Positions 13,008 to 26,456 of a stretch of 64,000 nucleotides of DNA are shown here, one piece after another (position 1 is the first letter of the stretch; each line of letters starts with the position of its first letter). Source of the DNA: Octopus vulgaris (Eukaryota); NCBI GenBank assembly GCA_951406725.2, contig OX597825.1, positions 60,450,001 to 60,514,000 on the forward strand, read 5' to 3'. The notes under the pieces were generated by a model. That model was given only the letters and a program-made list of their open reading frames with translations, did no database searches and was not told the DNA's origin. Both the position numbers and the translations under genes were made by a program.

Positions 13008-15032
13008 TTTTAGTCAATTCTCTTCTGCTACCAATATGACTGAGCTTTTTAGGAGAATACGTTTATATGAGAGCATCTCTCAAGGCGAATAATGCACTAA
13101 TGAGTCCTAACAATACTTCCACGCTAAGTACAATACAAAAATTGTCGTTTTGGTATTAATTCTACTTCAGTCGCTAGTATCCACTAGTTGAATGTTTGAT
13201 CACCTTGTAAAACTTTTTTTTAATAATTTAGTTATACATAAATGATTAAAGAAACAATGTAATAAATATTTTTTTATTGTTTCTTCTGATTGTCTGACTT
13301 ATCATGCGAATCGCTTCATTGAATTTTTTGTCTTTTTGTTTGATATTCAGCGCAGAACTGATCGTATGCCATTTCTTCAGGATATGCTCAGGGTTAATTT
13401 CCTTTCATTGAAGACTGTCGTGATATTACATCAATTTCAAGATTGTATGGAAATAGACAAGATCTGTTTCAGTAGAAGAGACGAAGGGAAAAACAAAACT
13501 TGGAAAGAGGATTTCGAAACACCTTTGAAATAACACCTGATATCAACACATATTTACATCTTAAAAATATTAAAGGATTTTTAAGAACATGCCAATTTCT
13601 ATTATCCCGAACTCTGTGTAACACATTTATCGTATTGCTCGCGATGTGACAGCAGTTCTCCTTGGTATTATATGAGCCAAGAAAGTAAAGCATCTTCTCA
13701 AAGACATAGAGGTTTTTGAAAATGAAAGCAGGTTTCATTTTGAAAAAAATGGCGAATATGCATACAACTTATATCGTCGGATAAAAGAGTAACACTATTT
13801 ACTAAGGATCTGCCCTCTCAGATTTCAAATGCCGACAGGAGAGATTCTTGCCTTATATCGCTAAAAGTCCTCTATCTTTCTCTGTCGGAATTAGCTAACA
13901 TGAAAGGGCAATGAAAAAGACTGCTTCAATGGTATCTCAAGGTGTTACATTACATAATCAATCATCGGATCCTCAGTATACTGTGTGACGATACCAATAT
14001 CATTATAGAGCTGTTCATGTAAGAATAATCTTACGACAGAAATACAATTTCCACACACACAAAGACACACCAAAAATCGTTCTATGTGAAAAGTAATTCA
14101 TCTAGATAATTGTTGCATAGATTTCAAATCATTTCGTAGAAAAGGCATTAGTGTTTTGGTTTTTTTTCAATATATGCAATTAACCTTAGCTTGAAGACGA
14201 CAGTAGCCCATTTAAAAGTTTTTCATTTATCAAATGCCTTTGATTTCATCTCATCATGTCACCTGTATTCGCTTTTACAGTTTGCTCTAATCTCTTTAAA
14301 ACGACCTGCAACATTATTATTTATTTCTTTGGCGCTTTGCTATGCTTTATCAATACTATCTTTCATTAATCGTTTTTTCATTTCTTGAATTTCCTTGCCA
14401 CATCCTAATGAATTTAAAGAAAGTTCAAGAAAAAATAAACTTCACAAGAAGTTCAATCTAGGAAATACGGTTGGTTTATTCTTTTGTATTTCCTACTTTG
14501 TGAAGTTCAGGATTCCACGAATTTTTGGTTTGTAATTGTGCTCGAATACGTGTATGTGTATTTGTGTTTGTGTGTGTGCGTGAAAGAGAGTGAGTGAGAG
14601 AGAACGAGGGGGGAGAGAGAAAGTAAGAGAAAGAGGGAGGTAGGGAGAAAGTTAATCTATGTGTGCGTGTGTACTTCTATGAGTGATAATTGAGACGTCG
14701 TTTTTCGTTGTGCTTTTCTTTTTCTGTTTTTTTTTTATCCAGTGTAATCTTGATTTAGAGTTAGTTCTTGTTTTAAGAGCTTTGAGTATCGGCGCATATT
14801 ATACCGTCTTTAGATTACGCAACAATCCAAAAGTGACTACGAGCAAACTATAAATAATAATACAAAATTATATGCGAATTTAGCATAAAGATAATAAATA
14901 TAACAAAATTTAAAAAAATTTTTAATTGCAAGAAATCTAATTTACGCAAAAATTAAGACAGACACTTAGAAAATGATATTATAAAGAAACAATTATTACT
15001 ATCTAAATGAAAAGATAAATTTAGTATAATAA

Positions 15033-15083
<51 letters not shown>

Positions 15084-15086
<3 letters not shown>

Positions 15087-15207
15087 CGGTTCGGCAAAAG
15101 AGACCGATAGAATAAGTACTGGGCTTACAAAGACTAAGTCCCGGGGTCGATTTGCTCGACTAAAGGCGGTGCACCAGCATGGCCGCAGTCAAATGACTGA
15201 AACAAGT

Positions 15208-15210
<3 letters not shown>
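15084..15210 (+). mobile_element. 3' fragment of CORE-like SINE between (AT)n tracts
   Basis: ttagcggttcggcaaaagagaccgatagaataagtact...catggccgcagtcaaatgactgaaacaag. Confidence 0.85.
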
Positions 15211-15279
<69 letters not shown>

Positions 15280-15943
15280 TGTATATGTATACACAGCCAT
15301 ATGTATAAACACACGTGCGTACGCACGCGTACACACACACATTTTTGAGAATTGAAATGATCATGGTTTCTCATTTGGCTTTATAGTTTTACGATGAATC
15401 AATAACGTATGCATAAAGTATGCCTGCAAACATGGTATAGGATGTCAGTAATGAACTCTTGAAGCATTCAGGATACTTCGAAAGAGCATACTCGAATAAG
15501 AAGCAAGTGCTATGAATTCTCATCTGGATACAGTCATTACCCGATATCTGAAAGTCAAAGCGCATGTAAAAATCATTGGTTCGCCTGTGTAGAGCGTGTT
15601 GTAATTGAAGGAACGGTAAAAATCGAAAGATTTATTCTTTTGCGGTATTTGATTATTGGAGGGAGTTCTAATCACACTATGGGCGATAAAAGGATTACTA
15701 ATCACGTTTCGTATCTTAGTACGTACGACAAGGCTCACACTCTCCGATGAGGGAGACATGTTCGAAGGTACACAAATGTTAAATCGTTTTTAATGTTCTT
15801 TATTCCGAAGTTCATGAATTTATCAGACGAAAACGTTTTTTTTAGTCAGTTAAAGGATTCATTAGAAACGGCCGTAATGGATTGACACTTGTACCTCTAC
15901 TGTTACTCGTTTATATATGTATACGTGTGTATCTCTCTCTTTC

Positions 15944-15945
<2 letters not shown>

Positions 15946-16034
<89 letters not shown>
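15946..16034. repeat. (AT)n microsatellite
   Basis: Direct reading. Confidence 0.95.
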
Positions 16035-18139
16035 GACATTACTAGTTATTATATAGAGACCAAATGTCGGGGAAATTGTGATACAGACACGTGTGTGTGT
16101 GGGAGGGAGTATTTCATTGTTACTCATTATCATGAGAGTATCTATTTCAAGTAGACTAATATTTGAGCGTATTCCATATATAATTATCATGAATCAAGCA
16201 TTAAACAATCTATCATATGATATCTAGGAGATTTGCTTGATATTTCTGTTCGATTTCCGGCCTCTCACTTGATGGTTGAATGATCTTTTTATTATTAGTC
16301 TCCCGCGTGTTCGAATCATTGTAACCCAACAGGTTAAATTTTCACAACGGGGCCTCCTTATTTTATAATGTTATAGACAGCGTACTGCGCTGATGCCAAC
16401 TTTACCACCACAACCATCTTTGTGTTATCATTTCCTTGAAATTTTAATGCAATTCAGAGAGGCTACCCCCTCTTAAAATAAACATGAAAATCTTACTTTG
16501 ATCTTCATGAAGAATTATAGAAATTAATTTCGGTTATTCTTCGTTGTCACTGTAAAACAAACGAATTATAGCCTTCACTGTACTTGCCCGAACTAGCGAT
16601 GATGGAACCGCTATGCATTACAGTACAAAATTAAATAAACATTGACTTTCGAAAATAGAATTACTTAGAGAAAGTAATTAAGGGCTTGGAATAACTGAAA
16701 GATTAAACAAACTAAGAATAACAACAACAACAACTATTGAAAACGGTAACGACAGTAAGAAACAACAGCAGCAACAAGAACGACAAAGACAAATACTTGA
16801 ATATCATCAAAGATTTTAATCTCTATCTCTTCACTGGTTAATTTTCTTTTGGGAACGCTTTGTGAATAATTTCAAGTTATTATGCTCCAGTGATTGTGAT
16901 TTCTACAATTAAATACACGATTGAAATCGAGATTTTGACCGGAATATTTCGGTAAAACTAACGTTTCTTTGTTTTCTCATATTAATTTCATCGAAATAAT
17001 AATTAATTTGTTTAACTCATTGTCTTACAAAGACTTATGCTATTATCATTAAAAGTTCTGAAAGAACTTCTCAATGAGATGAGAGGTGTTATGTTTGAAA
17101 TAAAGAGACAATTGAAGATATATTTGTCTTTGTTATGTCTTTAAATTTATAACCAAACTAAATCAATTGATCTCAAACATTGGTAAAAATACATAGAACC
17201 AAGAACAAAAGTTTCAATGTCTTATTCTACTGTTTGTGATTAATGATTTCTAATGTAGGCTCAAGGTCACGCATTTATAAAATGGGCTATTTAATCAACA
17301 ACGGTACTTGATTTGTATTTATTATATACACCCCAAATAAATTAATAGAGAACTTGATCTGTTAAAGGTCGACTTTAGCTATTATCATTACGTGGTGAAC
17401 ATTTAGGGGATTGGATGTTTTCCCTTTAATTAGACTCACAGTTCGGTTACACCTTATATTTTCCTGAAGTGGATGAAATTCTGCTCGTATAGGTAAGTAT
17501 AGAGCAATGTAAAATTATTTCTATTGTTTTAAGAGAAAGAAAATGTTCAAGGTTTGGTTTTCGATAAGTTATAAATGTGTTAAACAACGTAAGTGAAATA
17601 AAACAAGTATAATTATTTAATAGAACGTGAGAGGCCAACACAGCTCACCTTTAATGTTTTATAGCATTTTCATTCTGTGTTACATTGAGGCATTTATGAG
17701 CTGCTTTTAAAGTGTAATATCAACTTTAAAAATGCGAAATTAACATCTTGATCTCTGTTCGTGGACTGTTTTTTCTCTGCGTTCAGGTATTATCTATTGC
17801 TAAGAGCTTACCTGTTCAAATAAGTACAGTGATTGAAACTTTTTATGCATGTGTACAACAATCCCTTCAGATTTACGATTTCTAGTTCATATAATTTAAG
17901 GCTTTTCAAACTAGATAAAACAATTTGTATATTTTCAAATATAAATTGATATTTGAGTGGTATATGTACTTTATATTTATTTCATTATGCTCTTTAATGA
18001 TACCATGTTTCTTGGATTCCTTCTGTGGACTTTCTTCCAGCGCAAATCTAACATGAGAATAAACTCCTGCTATCCTCCTATCAGTCTCTGATAATCCAAA
18101 GAAAGGTATAAGCACTTCAATGCCAATCTGAGTATTTCT

Positions 18140-18528
18140 TTTTTCTTTTTTACTTTTATTTGTTTCAGTCATTTGACTGCGACCATGCTGCAGCACCGCC
18201 TTTAGTCGAGAAAATCGACCCCGGGACTTATTCTTTGTAAGCCCAGTACTTATTCTATCGGTCTCTTTACGGGGACGTAAACACACCAGCATCGGTTGTC
18301 AAGCGATGTTGGAGGGACAAACACAGACACACAAACGTACTCACAAACACATATACGTATATATATATATATATATATATATACGAAGGGCGTCTTTCAG
18401 TTTCCTTCTACCAAATCCACTCACAAGGCTTTGGTCGACCCAAGGCTATAGTAGAAGACACTTGCCCAAGGACTGAACCCGGAACCATGTGATTGGTAAG
18501 CAAGCTACTTACCCCACAGCCACTCCTG
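18140..18528 (-). mobile_element. CORE-like SINE, near full length
   Basis: Reverse complement of the family consensus seen at 9357 and 40166, including the tRNA-like head and internal (AT)n. Confidence 0.9.
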
Positions 18529-19090
18529 CATGTTATGAGAACACTTGTACTTATATGAACTCTTATGCCAATAAAGAGCACAAAAAGTGTGTAAAATTCA
18601 GTGTGATATTCTTCGCCGTTTGACAGTATATTATTTAAAATGTTAAAAGTATTTGGATATCGAGTTATGTCATTTATTTCAGGAAAATTGTTGAAGCATT
18701 TGGCAGAAGATTGCATAAAGCCTGTCTCATGTTAGAGAAACGTTTGATATATGAATGAATACATAGAAACATGTCATAAACAAGAATACAAAATGAGGTT
18801 ATATGTGATTATCAGGTTATCAAAACGATAAGTTAAAAAACATTGAGAGAACAAAGTATCTGATTCATACAGAAACGGAAACGAAATTGGAAATATTTAA
18901 ACAGCAGCGAATACAATTTTGCAATATCATTGAGAGTAGTTCAACAAACTTGACCATTTTCGTGTAGATTATGACAACTTTTGCTACGTAATATTTAAGA
19001 AAAATGTTGCGGCTGTGTGCCCTAATATCTGTGTCGCTATGAAGAGCTTTTGTAGAATATATTCGCCTTTAATATAGGGTAGAATATATG

Positions 19091-19510
19091 AAGGCGGCGA
19101 GCTGGTAGAATCGTTAGCACGCTGGACGAAATGCTTTGCGGTATTTCGTCTGCCGCTACGTTCTGAGTTTAAATTCCGCCGAGGTCGACTTTGCCTTTCA
19201 TCCTTTCGGGGTCGATTAAATAAGTACCCGTTACGCACGGGGATCGATATAATCGACTTAATCCGTTTGTCTGTCCATGTTTGTCCCCTCTGTGTTTAGT
19301 CCCTTGTGGGTAGTAAAGAAATAGGTATTTTGTCTGTCTTTATGTTCTGAGTTCAAATTCTGCCGAGGTCGACTTTGCCTTTCATCCTTTCGGGGTCGAT
19401 AAATTAAGTACCAGTTACGCACTGAGGTCAATATAATCAACTTAATCCCTCTGTCTGTCCTTGTTTGTCCCCTCTATGTTTAGCCCCTTGTGGGCAATAA
19501 ACAAATAAGA
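19091..19510 (+). mobile_element. Meta-domain-like tRNA SINE, head-to-tail dimer
   Basis: Head aggcggcgagctggtagaatcgttagcac, box-B-like gagtttaaattcc, central gactttgcctttcatcctttcggggtcgat. A second unit starts at ~19324. agaatatattcgcct is duplicated at 19054-19068 and 19508-19522. Confidence 0.9.
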
Positions 19511-20669
19511 ATATATTCGCCTCACTACCTCTAAGTGAGTATCTGGATATAGTTTTCTAGCTAATGAAAGCTACAAATTTATTGTCTTACCTACACAACA
19601 TACACTCATGTACGCGAGCCCGCGTGTACACAAACACGCGCACGCACACACACACACATACACACACATATATAACTTTTATGGACAATGTTCGAAGCAG
19701 CGGTGATTCGTTCTGTGTAGCTGTAAGGATGAAAGTAAACCAAATTCTGCAAACAGATTTGAGTAAAACCTTGATGCTAGGAGGAGACAGATAAGCTAGA
19801 TGTGCATGAATTTAATAAAAACAAACCAGTTGACATGAAAAGGTGTTGATATATGAGGCAAAACAACAATGGATGAATTTGTACAAGAAAAGTAAAGTAG
19901 TCAATGAAAGAAACAGAATGGAATCTGTCGTTTATTCTTTATCAAAGAGAAGAAAAAGAAATGTGAGCAAATGGAAAAGTAAGATAAACAATATTGAATT
20001 TACGGAGACTGTATAAATGGAACGACAACAGAAAATGACAAACACGTGGGGCCGGCAGTGGTGATCTACAACAACATGTGCTATGAAATGGTCTGTATGT
20101 TAACCCGAATAATTATTACTCCTGATTACCACGGTATTCTTTTCGAGACGTACTTTCTTGATTGTATAGAGAGTTGAATCAAGGCTGGTTGTGCCAGGCC
20201 GAAAGTCTAGTTGATTTAGTATTGTAATAGAAGCTAAAGGAGAAATGAGAGATGTGGCAATAATGAGGCTCATGGATACAAATTGGAGGAACTATCATTA
20301 GAAACAACAGCAAACTGCAGGCATCAAAATCATCGTCACATCGTCACTGTTTCCATACAATATTCCGACTTAACTTCTTGAGTGGTCAGAGCGGATGCAA
20401 ACAATGCTGCCTCCTCTTCTGTGTCAGTAGCATCAGATACAAGTGATAATTTTAAAACTATAAGGGGTTTCTTCTGTTACCGCAGAGAACGAATCAGAAA
20501 ATACGAGGAACAGTACACACTCCATTTCGTCTTACGGCGTCGTGGAGTAACAGAAGCAGAGGAAATGCAGGAAACGTTTAAGGAAAGAGAGAAATAGAAA
20601 ATATGCTTTGACGAAAAAGGCAAGCAAGAGATTGGAAGTAGTTTGCAAGCAGGTGCTAACCACTACAGT

Positions 20670-20985
20670 GGCCTGAAGAAAAAATCCTAACATACGCTAA
20701 TGTAAAACACGATGAACCTGATTGGGGAAAAACACTTGACGATTACTAGGTTGTTCCCAGAGAACTTGGTAGGAGTCTCAGTCAGGCGTTTAAAGAGAAA
20801 TGAGGAAGCATATTCATGACTGTAAGGATTCCAACGTATCACAACTGAATCCTGCACTCCTGGGGGGCAATTTTGGGAAAAGCTTTTTTCCAACGCATTA
20901 TCACTGCCTTAGAATACCTAAACTGTGGGTTACGCTAACCCTAAAGAGAGCGCGGCTTCACACAGCTGTGTCTCGGGTAGTGTCC
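20670..20985 (+). pseudogene. Highly decayed C-terminus of an R4/Dong-like (RLE) non-LTR retrotransposon
   Basis: Broken frames give KKILTY..., VVP..LG and SQLNPALLG, echoing the RLE C-terminal pattern EK..KY..L...VVP..GALG...LQK.ALLG seen more clearly at 31939-32070. Confidence 0.4.
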
Positions 20986-21031
20986 TTAATTATAGTTATA
21001 TTTATTTGTATATCAACTATATTTCAATTAA

Positions 21032-21108
<77 letters not shown>

Positions 21109-21202
21109 TATGTTTGACTTTTGCTTTATGTCTGTACAAGTTGGCTCCAAGTCTCACCCAGAGACCTCAAGAGACAACAGGTTGGAAGTTCTGTGCCATA
21201 TA

Positions 21203-21247
<45 letters not shown>
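21032..21247 (-). mobile_element. ~90-bp retroelement 3'-end fragment (21108-21200) embedded in (TTA)n
   Basis: Unique sequence flanked on both sides by (TTA)n; the minus strand ends ...aaaagtcaaacatag(aat)n. Consistent with a 5'-truncated TAA-targeting Dong/R4 element (inference). Confidence 0.55.
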
Positions 21248-22121
21248 GAATTTGCTATCATCATCATCATATTCATCATTCAATGATACTGTGCTGAATA
21301 TTCCTGAATACAGCAATGCCACAAATATTAACACCAGTTAGAGTCAATACAAACATTATTATTGTTGTAATTACCCGTAAGATAATTAACATAGCTATCA
21401 TAGTAATCACATATCTTGCACTAAAAGTAAATTAGAATATTTAGTCGGCATAAAAAAATTGAACTTCAACGCTACAATCCTTCACTATACACACATTACT
21501 AAAACCAACCGACTTAACCACTAATGATACACCGAGTATTGAACAGACAGTCACTAAAACACTGCTTCCGTCAACACGAGTAGACAGTGAAACTAATGCC
21601 AAAAACGCCCGTCATCATATGCTCATGTGTTCAAGATTTGCACATAGTATTAAAGCATTTCCGCTGTCCGACGACATTTCCTGTTGGAGGAAGACGTTAT
21701 GGCAGCATTGATAAAATCAACATATACAGATATAATATGTATATACATACACACACACACACACACACTTGTATACATATATGTGGTGCCTGTGTAAATC
21801 TGAGCCTGTGTGTGTGTGGACATATATACATATGTGTATGTATGTATGTATGTATGTATATATGAATATATTTATCGACATAAGTTGCACAGTGACTCAA
21901 TCGCCCAGATTTTCGTGCATGGAATTAACAAAGCATTTGATAAAATATGATAATCAGTTTTGTTATATTTTCCTGTTTGTATGACCTTATATATATGTGT
22001 GTATATATATAAATATGTATATATATATATATATATGTAGGTCCCGGGTTGATTCGGGGTTAACCACAGTAAATAAGGTACTCAAAACATAGTAGAGTAA
22101 AATTAATTTATTATATAGAAG

Positions 22122-22174
22122 GAGCTTCTACAGGACTAGAACTGTTTCATTCAAGAGAAATCTTCAGGAAGCTC
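22122..22174 (-). ncRNA. Type I hammerhead ribozyme, copy 1
   Basis: Reverse complement reads GAGCTTC CTGAAGA tTTC-tctt-GAAt GAAACAG-ttctagtc-CTGTA GAAGCTC: 7-bp helix I, intact core, GUA cleavage triplet. Confidence 0.8.
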
Positions 22175-22212
22175 AATAGATAGTAGAGTAAAATTAATTT
22201 ATTATATAGAAG

Positions 22213-22265
22213 GAGCTTCTACAGGACTAGAACTGTTTCATTCAAGAGAAATCTTCAGGAAGCTT
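22213..22265 (-). ncRNA. Type I hammerhead ribozyme, copy 2 (91 bp from copy 1)
   Basis: Identical to copy 1 except for the terminal base of helix I. Confidence 0.8.
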
Positions 22266-22281
22266 CCTGAAATCTTCAAGA

Positions 22282-22334
22282 GAGCTTCCTGAAGATTTCT
22301 CTTGAATGAAACAGTTCTAGTCCTGTAGAAGCTC
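22282..22334 (+). ncRNA. Type I hammerhead ribozyme, copy 3 (inverted)
   Basis: gagcttc ctgaaga tttctcttgaat gaaacag ttctagtc ctgta gaagctc read directly on the + strand. Confidence 0.8.
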
Positions 22335-22348
22335 CTTCTATATAATAA

Positions 22349-22416
<68 letters not shown>

Positions 22417-22427
22417 TATATATATTA

Positions 22428-22650
22428 TAGTTGGCAGAAACGTTAGCACGCCGGACGAAATGCATAGCCGTATTTCGTCTGCCGTTACGTTCCGAGTTCA
22501 AATTCCGCCTAGGTCCACTTTGCCTTTCATCCTTTCGGGGTCGATAAATTAAATACCAGTTACACACTGGGGTCGATGTAATTGACTTCATCCCTTTGTC
22601 TGTCCTTGTTTGTCCCCTCTGTGTTTAGCCCCTTGTGGGTAGGAAAGGAA
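22428..22650 (+). mobile_element. Meta-domain-like SINE
   Basis: ggcagaaacgttagcacgccggacgaaat...gagttcaaattcc...ttgcctttcatcctttcggggtcgataaatt...gccccttgtgggtag. Confidence 0.9.
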
Positions 22651-22704
22651 TATATTATATACATTTTATATAGATACACACACACCCACACACTCACTCA
22701 CACA

Positions 22705-22751
<47 letters not shown>

Positions 22752-22761
22752 GTTCAATATG

Positions 22762-23282
<521 letters not shown>

Positions 23283-23649
23283 TATATATATATATATAGG
23301 CACATAAATGTACGTAAGTACGTAAACACATATATGTACGAACCCACAATCTGGTGGTCTTCTCGCCAGTATCAAATATCTCTATCTCTTTTTATCTCTT
23401 TCTGTTACTATTCTTATAAATGTATGCAAAGGAACATCAATCCTTCCGTCTTCCTCCTCACCACTCTTCGTGTGTTCAGCCCCGCTTCGACCCGTGTATG
23501 AAATCCTTCTCTCTATAATCCTTGTCTATTATCCGTTGTCTGCTGTTAAGCATACCTCCTACATGCGCTCGTTCTTCAACTCTTACGTTAAGTTTCTCTC
23601 TATCCTCATCTTACTTTTTTCCTGACTAGACAAATCAACTCAAAAAATT

Positions 23650-23650
23650 C

Positions 23651-23726
<76 letters not shown>

Positions 23727-23788
23727 GTCTGTCTATCTGTCTGACTGACTGACTGTATGTCTGTCTGTCTATCTGCCCGTCTGTCTGC

Positions 23789-23857
<69 letters not shown>

Positions 23858-23870
23858 GATCTGTCCATCT
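23650..23870. repeat. (TATC)n/(TGTC)n microsatellite
   Basis: Direct reading. Confidence 0.95.
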
Positions 23871-24480
23871 ATGTTTCTGTTTATGTGTATTTATGTGTGT
23901 GTATGTGGCAAGTATATCTAATTTAGAATTCGAAACTGATCACTATATGCGATGCAAAAACAACTCAAGAATATGATCACAATTCGTCATCAAAAACATC
24001 TGACCATTCAGTAGTGTGTGGAACCAGATCTAACAACAATTTCATCATTGGTGTACGTTTCTGACGAAGATTACCACTAAAAATTCAACGCATTCTAACC
24101 ACTACGGGCAGAAAAGAAAAGGCGCACGGCAAATATCAGAGCGAGCATAGAACACTGCAGTCAGTTGTCAGTAGCAGAACCAGCAGCTCACTAGATCTCT
24201 ACCACAGGACAAAAACACATGGACGGCCGGCAAATACAACACACATTGAACAGCTAACATCATCATAACGACTCCTATCTTATTTAGAACAAGAAGCATC
24301 GTGCTTTCTGGGTATCTCTTCTTCATAGTAATGTCATTATTTTTTATAAAAATCTCACACAAATATCGCCATACACACACACACACACACGTTTATCCAT
24401 TTGTTTCGTAAGATTCTTGATGTGAACACGTGCGTTGGAGATGGTAATCTTTTTCCAATTAATTATTATTTCTTTAGCTT

Positions 24481-24521
24481 GTCAGAAATCTTTCGCCACA
24501 CATTGAGATCTCCTCAACGAC
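24481..24521 (-). ncRNA. Decayed hammerhead-like motif
   Basis: Reverse complement gtcg TTGAGGA gatctcaatgtgtggc GAAA gatttc tgac. Helix I is GTCG/TGAC, the core has C3>T and helix II is broken. Confidence 0.4.
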
Positions 24522-25670
24522 TTTCTCTCCGATGTCTCTCCTCTTGCCCTGCCTATTCATGTATGTATGCATGTATGTAAGTATTATGTATGTATGTATG
24601 TATGTATGTATGTATGTATTAATGTATGTAAGTATTATGTATGTATGTATTAATGTATGTATGTATGTATGTATGTATGTGTGTCTATTTCTATGTATGT
24701 ATGAATGAATGCACGTATATGTACGATGGTGGAATTATCATTACATGTGTGTCGGCATTTTTCTCTAGCTTCTCGTGGGATTTATGTTAAAAACTCTCTT
24801 TCTTTATATATAATACGAGATCCTTATAACACAAGCACAATATTCGCCACATCGTCTCTCGTGTTTACTAAATATTTAAATATAGATGTTGATATCTACT
24901 TTCAGGTAACTATGTTGTAAATTGATCCTATCTTAAATTTGCTGCATTTTTGACAAACAATTGTTTTGCATTTTAAAGGCAACGCTCCATACACACCTCA
25001 TATAAAAGAGAGAAAATGATAATTTATGAAATTGAAAAAACGTCGAGTTGGATTTTCTTTTTTGATATTTTCATGTTGATATGAATAGAGTTTTCAGCCC
25101 AACGTAAACTATATTTCTCTAAACAATCTATAAAGATGATATCGCGTTTCCTTAAGCGATATCAGATTGTCTATATTTTAGAAATATATTATTTATTTTT
25201 TCTTACTAAGTGACACGATATGCAAGATAGGATATCGTTTCGTATCTTGTATAAAATACGTTGGTGTTTGTTTATATATATTTTTATGAAATAATCTATA
25301 ATTCTATTTGTTGTTCGTTTTTGTGTTTGAATATCGCTTTTATTCTTTAATTCTAATATGATTCTTATTTGATATAGCATCAATTTGCCACAACCACTTC
25401 GATATTGCAACTATACAGGCTTATCATAAAATATGTAGGAATATAGTCTGTGTCTATAAATTTGTCGACAGGCTGGCACACTGGTCTCAGATTACAATTC
25501 ATACGAACTAAATAATTAAACATATACAATGTAAGTACGTAAGTATACATGCTATGCATGCATGTATGTATGTATGTATGTAAATTTTACGTGTGTGTGT
25601 GTATTTATGTGTATATTTATATCTATATATATATATACCTGTTAATACACACACACATACATATATACAT

Positions 25671-25703
<33 letters not shown>

Positions 25704-26083
25704 AATATTGCGATTAACTCGATGTCTATATATGTTTATTATGTGTGTATGTATGTGTGCATCTATATGCGTGTGAAGGTGCGTGATGTAGTGTTTAAGT
25801 GATTGGTGTCAAAATACTTAGGATGGATGTCAGATTCTTGAATCGCGTGGTATAGATTCAGCGATGACAATACACCTTGTTCCACGTAGCTCCTGTCTGA
25901 TGATCTGAAAAGGAGAAGCAATAGAGTATCGTTGCCGTCTTCTTCCTTCCACATCCTACACGTTCAAATCGACTCTTAATTTTGTCGCTGATTGTTTACA
26001 ATAATACACACACACACACACACACACACTCTCTCTCTCTCTCTCACCCCCTCCCTCCCTCCCTCCCTCTTTCTTTATATATA

Positions 26084-26424
26084 TCTTTATATATAAAAGT
26101 GAAGTTGTGTGTCTGTCTCCTACGATTTAGATTCCTAACTACTCCCACATTTTGCGGTGCAGTGTAACCAAAAGCGAGTATATTATAGTCCTGATTCATA
26201 TCGAGCCCTTCTGGGTATTAGCGCGAGTCTACGATGAGTCTACGATTTAAAAAAAAAATTACCATCATTTTTTTCCATTTTTAATGCATTGTTTTGCTAT
26301 TATATAAGGGAAATAACTCTCTAAAATTGTATTATTAAATCTCAGAACGTAAAAAGCTACAGTAACACCCCGCTTTATAGTTATTTCCCTTACAAACCCG
26401 AGCAACGCCGGACGATACTGCTAG
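26084..26424 (+). mobile_element. Non-autonomous Helitron, copy 1
   Basis: Begins A|TC, ends CTAG|T, with a subterminal GC hairpin (cccgagcaacgccgg) and no TSD. Homologous to 29967-30351. Confidence 0.85.
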
Positions 26425-26456
26425 TATTGAATATATATAAAATGTTTTCTGTATGC

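Noticed and set aside
13336-13738. Two short ORFs in non-microsatellite DNA
   Set aside because: No recognisable motif or supported splice structure.
18984-19440. Recurrent peptide WYL..RPRKDERQSRPRRNLNSE (also at 22238 and 46246)
   Set aside because: Antisense translation of the Meta-like SINE, not a gene family.
22089-22265. Direct repeats as a possible CRISPR array
   Set aside because: Only two 91-bp units, no unique spacers, no cas genes, eukaryotic context; explained as an HHR repeat.
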